From an uncultured virus (IMG/VR IMGVR_UViG_3300033112_000355) (taxonomy: Duplodnaviria; Heunggongvirae; Uroviricota; Caudoviricetes): a stretch of 64,000 nucleotides of DNA. The stretch lies in the IMG/VR virus record IMGVR_UViG_3300033112_000355. One strand, given 5' to 3'. The notes under the pieces were generated by a model. It was given only the letters and a program-made list of their open reading frames with translations, had not been told where the DNA came from and ran no database searches. Each line of letters starts with the position of its first letter. The stretch's first letter is position 1. A program made the translations under genes and the position numbers. This document shows positions 58,773 to 64,000 of the stretch, piece after piece.

Positions 58773-58976
58773 ATGCATAACCAAACTATTTCTATGACTT
58801 CACATCAGTCAAAGCAGGGTCGTGCTGGCGCAGCAAAAGCTAAGACTTCTGCTAAAGCTCCAAAGAAACTAGAGAAGACTCCTATGAATGGAAAGGCAAA
58901 AGCAAAAGGGCCAGGTAAAGAAGAGTCAATGAAGGAGAAGATGGCCCGGCTTCGTGCTATGCGTAAAAAGAAGTAA
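58773..58976 (+). CDS. Small Lys-rich basic protein
   Basis: KEKMARLRAMRKKK. Confidence 0.5.
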   Translation: MHNQTISMTSHQSKQGRAGAAKAKTSAKAPKKLEKTPMNGKAKAKGPGKEESMKEKMARLRAMRKKK

Positions 58977-58978
58977 AA

Positions 58979-59092
58979 TTATTTTCCCTGACCGCGCAGT
59001 TTCTTTTTACCTTTCTTGGGGCGAGAATGTTTCCCTTGCCCCTGAGAGGTTTTCTTTGGCTGACCTTCAACGTAACCGCCGCTTTTAATCAT
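58979..59092 (-). CDS. Tiny basic protein (37 aa)
   Basis: PKKTSQGQGKHSRPKKGKKKLRGQGK. Confidence 0.45.
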   Translation of the reverse strand: MIKSGGYVEGQPKKTSQGQGKHSRPKKGKKKLRGQGK

Positions 59093-59261
59093 TTATCAAG
59101 AGAAGCTTCACATATTATACTAAACAAAAACAGTTTCATTTGCTGTAATTTCACTTGTTCTTCTGGAGGTCTGGCAGGAGAACCAGGCCAATATTGAATG
59201 GCATCACAGACAGCCGTGTACAAAGTTCTGCAATCTTCAATCGATAACTGCAGTTCTACAC

Positions 59262-59534
59262 TTACCATGCTTTACAACTCCAATATCCTGCACTCATTTT
59301 ATCTTTCTTTTCGTCGCATTTATGACGAGCCCTAAAGCTTTTCCTTCTTTCTGGATTATCTTTTTTGATTGACATATTGGCATCTCCAAAACGCACAATC
59401 TTTTCTTTACCTCCTGAACAAGCTTTTACGACAGATTTTTTGCCTCCTTTTACATCCCTACGCGGTTTGTTGCAAGGCATCTTATCTTTCTGAATTTTCG
59501 CAGCTTTTGCTGCTTTTAATCTTTTGTTAGACAT
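59262..59534 (-). CDS. Small basic phage protein
   Basis: KIVRFGD...RRKSFRARHKC...AGYWSCKAW. Confidence 0.6.
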   Translation of the reverse strand: MSNKRLKAAKAAKIQKDKMPCNKPRRDVKGGKKSVVKACSGGKEKIVRFGDANMSIKKDNPERRKSFRARHKCDEKKDKMSAGYWSCKAW

Positions 59535-59536
59535 AA

Positions 59537-62353
59537 TTAGAATCCAAATCCACCGAAGCCGCCAAGGCCGCCAGATGCTCCTCCTAATAACCCTCCTCCT
59601 AAGTCAGAGGTAAAGTCATCTAAGAAAGATTGACCTGATCGCGATTTCCTTGTACCAATTCTATTATCAGTATTGTCAAAGTCGGAAAAACTATCTGGTG
59701 ATGGAGGGGTAAGAGGCGCATCAAGAAAACTGCCAATTGAACTCAAAGCTGCCTGAGGACTTGAGGTGTTAAGGCCTGACAGCAAATCAAAATCTCCAAA
59801 CTCAGCTTTCACTTCTTCTTTGCTTTGTCCTGGGAAGAAAGACTCATAAAACTCTTTTTCTGTTCCACGGAAGCCTGCTTGCTGAAATATTCCAAATAGA
59901 CCGGCTCCAGGTCCAACTGACGCCTCTTTATCTGTTTCTCTCTCAATGTAATCTACACCCAATGTCTTTTGAGTAATTTCTTCACCTGCTTCGGCAAGTT
60001 CTTTAATTCTCTCTCTTAACTCAAGAGTTTCGTCACCAGCGATAACAGAGCTAATAGTATTTCTAATATCATCTAATTCGTCATCACCTCCTGCAAGGGC
60101 AAGTTGCCTGCCAGCAGCAGTATTGGGGCCAATTCCTGCATCATCTAAAACGCCTTCAGTAAATTCCTCTGGCGAAATAAAATCACCAAACACAGAAGTT
60201 CCATCTCTTTCAACCTGTCCAATAAGACTTGGAATTAGATCAAAATTTTGAAACTGTTTAATACGATCAGGGTCAATTGGATTATCAAAAGCGGCAAAGG
60301 TAATAGGCGCACCATCTAATAAAATTTCGTTGCCTTCAATGTCTTTACCTCCTCTTGTAATATCAAAAAGTGTTCTGGCAAAGCCTGCTTTATCAATTGA
60401 ATATACTAAGCTGCCGTCAAATGTAAGAGAAGGCTCAACAGCAACTCCACGTGTAAGAAGAGCGTTAATATATTTCGGATCACCTGCCTGTGCTTTTTTA
60501 AGCTCTGATGCAAAAAAGTCTTTCTGAAATTCTAATTTTCTTTCATACCTAGAGCCATCTGCTGCCTTTTGTTCTTCTACAGGTCGATTAAAGAATGGAT
60601 TTTCAAAAAACCGAGCGTCAAATGTTTCATTTACTGGTTTTAAGTTATTTAAGAACTCTTGAGTCTTTTGAGTTGCAAGATTATTCAAAGAATCTTGAGT
60701 AGTCTGAGTCTGGAAAGGGTTTTGAAACTCTTCGTCAACATTAATAAAGTTAATAAATTCATTGATTGATTTAGATGCATTAAAGCGTGGGCGTAGATAA
60801 TCATTGATAAAATCACGCGCAAACTGAGAATCAACGTTTACAGCTCTAATATTTCCATTTTCATCTCTTAATCTACCTACGAAATCAAAATCTGGATTGT
60901 TTGGATCATCTATACGTTTAATTTCATCGTCTAATTCTTTAATACGTGCATAAGGATCTAACTCTCTACCACCTACGACAAACCTAGTTCCTGTAAGTGT
61001 CTTTAAAACATCTTGCCCACCTGGTGCATTTTGTAAATATTCAACTACTTCGTCAGAGGTTTGGAAGCCAATTTCTCTCAAAAAACTATCTTTAAATTTA
61101 CCCGTTTCTGTATCAAAAACTTCTCCTTTTTCTTCTAATGCACGTGATCTAAAATTTGGATTGCTTTTGTTTGCATCATAAAACTCTTTACCAAATTGAC
61201 TAATAGAAATAAAATTTGGATCTCCTGGTACCAAGCCAGCTATGCGTTCGTTATACTTGGCTAATACATCATCACGACTCTGTACATAAGCTGCAAAATC
61301 ATCTGAAGAAGGTATAGCATTTTCAAAGATATCTTTTTCTAATTCCAATGCTGCGAATTTTTCGTTATAATCTTTTGCGTATCTTTCAGTTAAATCTTTT
61401 TCGAAAAAATTCTGCCAATTAACAATAGTGCTATTGCCAAAAGTGCCTAAGGCTGAATTGAATGTACCTTCAATCTGATCTCTTACGCCAGGAGGAATGC
61501 CAGGCAGATCACCAAGTAAACTGTTAGCAGCATTTGTACCTATATTAAGAATTTCGTTAAAGCCTCCAAGATTACCTAGTAAATCAAATTGATTTTGTTG
61601 TCTCTGTGCTCGCTCAAGCCTATTAATAGTTTGTCGTAAAACATCCTCTGCAAGCAGGCCAAATTGTTCAGTCCTTTGCGTAAGGTCTTCTCCAGCTGCA
61701 GTTATAACTGCATCTTCCGTTATTTGGCCCTCTTGCGCTGCTTTGAAACCCCTAATTGCAGTTTCTGTAGCAGGGGCAGCACCTTCGAAACCTATTAATT
61801 CATCTTCTGTACCTTGAAATTTTCCCTTCTGTGCAAAAGCATTAGGTGCCCTGCCCTCTGGGATACCTTTCATCACATAGTTTCCGCCTGCAAAAGAATT
61901 GAGGTCTGTGAAACGTGCTGTGATATCTAGATTGCCTTCTGCAACTGCCTTGTCATATTCTGCTTTTACATCAGGATTGTTTTCTAAATAGAAGATAGGA
62001 TCAAAAAATTTATCACCTACTCCTTCGGTTTGTCCTGGTGAAGCAGGAGCATAACCTGGTACTTGTTTAGTATCAAAAGGTTTTACAACATTTTTTTTAT
62101 AAAACTTATCGAATGCTTTTAATAGTTGATTTTTACCATTTTTGCTTAAGTTGATTCCATTATTTAAAGCTGATTTAAAATTCAGATATTGATTCATTGT
62201 GCCCTGAGCTATCCTGGCCTGCAGCACAGTGAAATTCAAAGCTTCATTAAATCTTTTTTTCTGTTTTATTTGCCTGGGAGTTCCTGTGGTTATGTCTTTT
62301 TCATTTACAGTAAAGGTATTTGTTGTAGGATCAAACGTAAATAAATCTTGCAT
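59537..62353 (-). CDS. Large probable internal virion protein
   Basis: 938 aa; FDPIFYLENNPDV-type motifs; Gly-rich C-terminus. Confidence 0.55.
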   Translation of the reverse strand: MQDLFTFDPTTNTFTVNEKDITTGTPRQIKQKKRFNEALNFTVLQARIAQGTMNQYLNFKSALNNGINLSKNGKNQLLKAFDKFYKKNVVKPFDTKQVPGYAPASPGQTEGVGDKFFDPIFYLENNPDVKAEYDKAVAEGNLDITARFTDLNSFAGGNYVMKGIPEGRAPNAFAQKGKFQGTEDELIGFEGAAPATETAIRGFKAAQEGQITEDAVITAAGEDLTQRTEQFGLLAEDVLRQTINRLERAQRQQNQFDLLGNLGGFNEILNIGTNAANSLLGDLPGIPPGVRDQIEGTFNSALGTFGNSTIVNWQNFFEKDLTERYAKDYNEKFAALELEKDIFENAIPSSDDFAAYVQSRDDVLAKYNERIAGLVPGDPNFISISQFGKEFYDANKSNPNFRSRALEEKGEVFDTETGKFKDSFLREIGFQTSDEVVEYLQNAPGGQDVLKTLTGTRFVVGGRELDPYARIKELDDEIKRIDDPNNPDFDFVGRLRDENGNIRAVNVDSQFARDFINDYLRPRFNASKSINEFINFINVDEEFQNPFQTQTTQDSLNNLATQKTQEFLNNLKPVNETFDARFFENPFFNRPVEEQKAADGSRYERKLEFQKDFFASELKKAQAGDPKYINALLTRGVAVEPSLTFDGSLVYSIDKAGFARTLFDITRGGKDIEGNEILLDGAPITFAAFDNPIDPDRIKQFQNFDLIPSLIGQVERDGTSVFGDFISPEEFTEGVLDDAGIGPNTAAGRQLALAGGDDELDDIRNTISSVIAGDETLELRERIKELAEAGEEITQKTLGVDYIERETDKEASVGPGAGLFGIFQQAGFRGTEKEFYESFFPGQSKEEVKAEFGDFDLLSGLNTSSPQAALSSIGSFLDAPLTPPSPDSFSDFDNTDNRIGTRKSRSGQSFLDDFTSDLGGGLLGGASGGLGGFGGFGF

Positions 62354-62362
62354 CTAACAAAA

Positions 62363-62728
62363 CTAAGCTATCTTCAATTCTACAGGACCACTGATCAAGC
62401 AATAAATATCAATGGTTTCTTGAGCCACCCAATTATTAATTTTAATTAGCCGGGTTTCGCAAAAGAACTCCTGTTTTCTATACCACTCCTCCATCTGGTA
62501 GCTGGCTTTATTTGAATTACACCTCTGACATGCAGGGATTAAATTGTTTCTGTTGCTAGATCCCGAACGATAACGTGGTATTACGTGATCAAGAGAGGTG
62601 GCGGGAGCACCACAGTAAGCACATTTGTTATCCCATGAATTGTATATTGATTCTCTAAAACGTCGTTTGGCTCGTTTGGGCGTTAGTTCAATGAGTAGGG
62701 CAAGCGGATCCTGTTCATTGTTAAACAT
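62363..62728 (-). CDS. HNH endonuclease
   Basis: CAYCG...LDHVIPR..G...NLIPACQRCN. Confidence 0.85.
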   Translation of the reverse strand: MFNNEQDPLALLIELTPKRAKRRFRESIYNSWDNKCAYCGAPATSLDHVIPRYRSGSSNRNNLIPACQRCNSNKASYQMEEWYRKQEFFCETRLIKINNWVAQETIDIYCLISGPVELKIA

Positions 62729-62835
62729 GCCTCTCGAGCAGTTATCTTATTCTAATCGAATTAACTCAAAAAATCGAATTTGACAAAGCACTATAAACGT
62801 ATAGTGTACATATGTACAGCTGCTGCGTTTGCAGT

Positions 62836-63048
62836 ATGAAAATTTCAAAAACCTGGAAGACGGTTCAGAAAACCCTTAATGAGCTGGGAATTGAAAAGGA
62901 GACATTGTTTAAGTACAGGGACGATGGAACCTTGAAGCTTGGTCCACACTTCCTGGCTTTCTCTGATACCTATTCAAGGGATAGTTATCGCTGGAATGTT
63001 AATGCAGTTAAGGAGCACCTAACAAGCAAGGGCTTGCTCGCGGCCTAA
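62836..63048 (+). CDS. Excisionase-like HTH protein
   Basis: LGIEKETLFKYRDDGTLKLGPHF...YRWNV. Confidence 0.55.
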   Translation: MKISKTWKTVQKTLNELGIEKETLFKYRDDGTLKLGPHFLAFSDTYSRDSYRWNVNAVKEHLTSKGLLAA

Positions 63049-63423
63049 GTAAAAGTTATTCTTTCTATCGCTGTGTGCGGCCAGGAGTGTATCGACATCT
63101 AAGTCGGTCTTCCCTGCTTCTATAGCTCTTTCAAGCGACTTCGAAAGATTAGATAAACGGCCTTGGATATTCCGAGGCTGTTTTTTTAACTCAAAAATTA
63201 CTGCCCAATGTGGATGCATTGGTTTGATGGGTCTTTTCCTTCCTTGCAAAAGGACTGAATTATCTGGTCCCCAGGAAAAGTCTTGTAATTGTGAAGGCTT
63301 TAAACCATATGTGGCAACCATGCCGTACAGCCACGCAATGCTCTTACTGCGTTCGCCTCTATCTAAATAAAAGAAATCATCAATGATGCGTTGGTCTACT
63401 GGTGTAGCCATGGCTAGAACCAC
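63019..63423 (-). CDS. Truncated, degenerate tyrosine-recombinase-like protein
   Basis: WLYGMVATYGLKPSQ resembles cyanobacterial integrase W..GM.ATYGLRP.E; PMHPHW..F.L; no HxxR or catalytic Tyr region. Confidence 0.55.
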   Translation of the reverse strand: MVLAMATPVDQRIIDDFFYLDRGERSKSIAWLYGMVATYGLKPSQLQDFSWGPDNSVLLQGRKRPIKPMHPHWAVIFELKKQPRNIQGRLSNLSKSLERAIEAGKTDLDVDTLLAAHSDRKNNFYLGREQALAC

Positions 63424-63469
63424 AGAGATCCATTTGTAAAAGCTTGCGTCTAGTTTAAACCATTTAAAT

Positions 63470-63769
63470 CTATGCTGGGGTGCCTCCTGTTATAGTCGCT
63501 GCCCAAGCATCGCCCATTGCACCGATGGTTGATGTTTCTCCTGAACCAAAAGGTAAGTTGACTGTGTCTCCCGCGTGGTATCGCGAAGGGTTACCTGAAA
63601 GCTTCACAGGGCTTTTACCAAATTCTCTTTTGGTTAGCTGGCCTTCTGAAAGCTCAACTCTTGTTTGGATAATATCTCCGAATCCAGGTGTGCTAGACAT
63701 TAGAAGGTTTGCCTCCAGTAGCAGGTACGTAAGCATTGCCGTCTTTATCATACATAGTAAAACCTTCAA
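63470..63769 (-). CDS. Hypothetical protein (probable start MSSTPG)
   Basis: ORF track. Confidence 0.4.
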   Translation of the reverse strand: MKVLLCMIKTAMLTYLLLEANLLMSSTPGFGDIIQTRVELSEGQLTKREFGKSPVKLSGNPSRYHAGDTVNLPFGSGETSTIGAMGDAWAATITGGTPA

Positions 63770-64000
63770 TTTTAATAAAGCTAGCAGGGATATTCAGCAT
63801 CTTCTGCATCATGCTGATCATGATGGGGCTTTGTACATTCAGCGGAGGCACATCCATATAAGACAAACCATATGTGGTTATGTTGTTAAAAGCTTTTCTT
63901 TGATCTCTTTCTGTCTCATCAACTAATCTTTGCTCCCATGCCGCTTGTTCAGTTGTGAATGCAGGGAAATCAGAAGGCTCAGGAGGAAATAAATCGTCTG

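Overview
A 64-kb scaffold segment (four 100-N gaps) of a large tailed dsDNA phage, most likely a cyanophage, based on NblA-like, CP12-like and YRG/DUF4278 genes, a glutamine-II riboswitch and an NtcA box. Positions 1-14.8 kb (minus) hold the head/packaging module: scaffold candidate, portal, large terminase and Gly/Ala-rich internal virion proteins. Positions 15.1-15.9 kb are a non-coding switch region with A-tracts, a DnaA-box array and tandem sigma70 promoters. Positions 15.9-26 kb (plus) form an early region rich in structured RNA: a boxB/boxA-like leader, a minimal tRNA-like element, type II hammerhead ribozymes placed at gene ends, further unclassified folds and tRNA-Leu(UAA). Positions 26-42 kb carry replication genes (T7-like PolA, double-OB SSB, PD-(D/E)XK nuclease, endo VII, PrimPol-D5 helicase). 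Positions 42-64 kb carry a giant tail fibre, two lysins, dcd and accessory genes. The most striking signals are the RNA-punctuated early operon and a bipartite DNA motif repeated with exact 31-bp spacing (candidate origin). All calls come from reading motifs by eye; no database searches were run.
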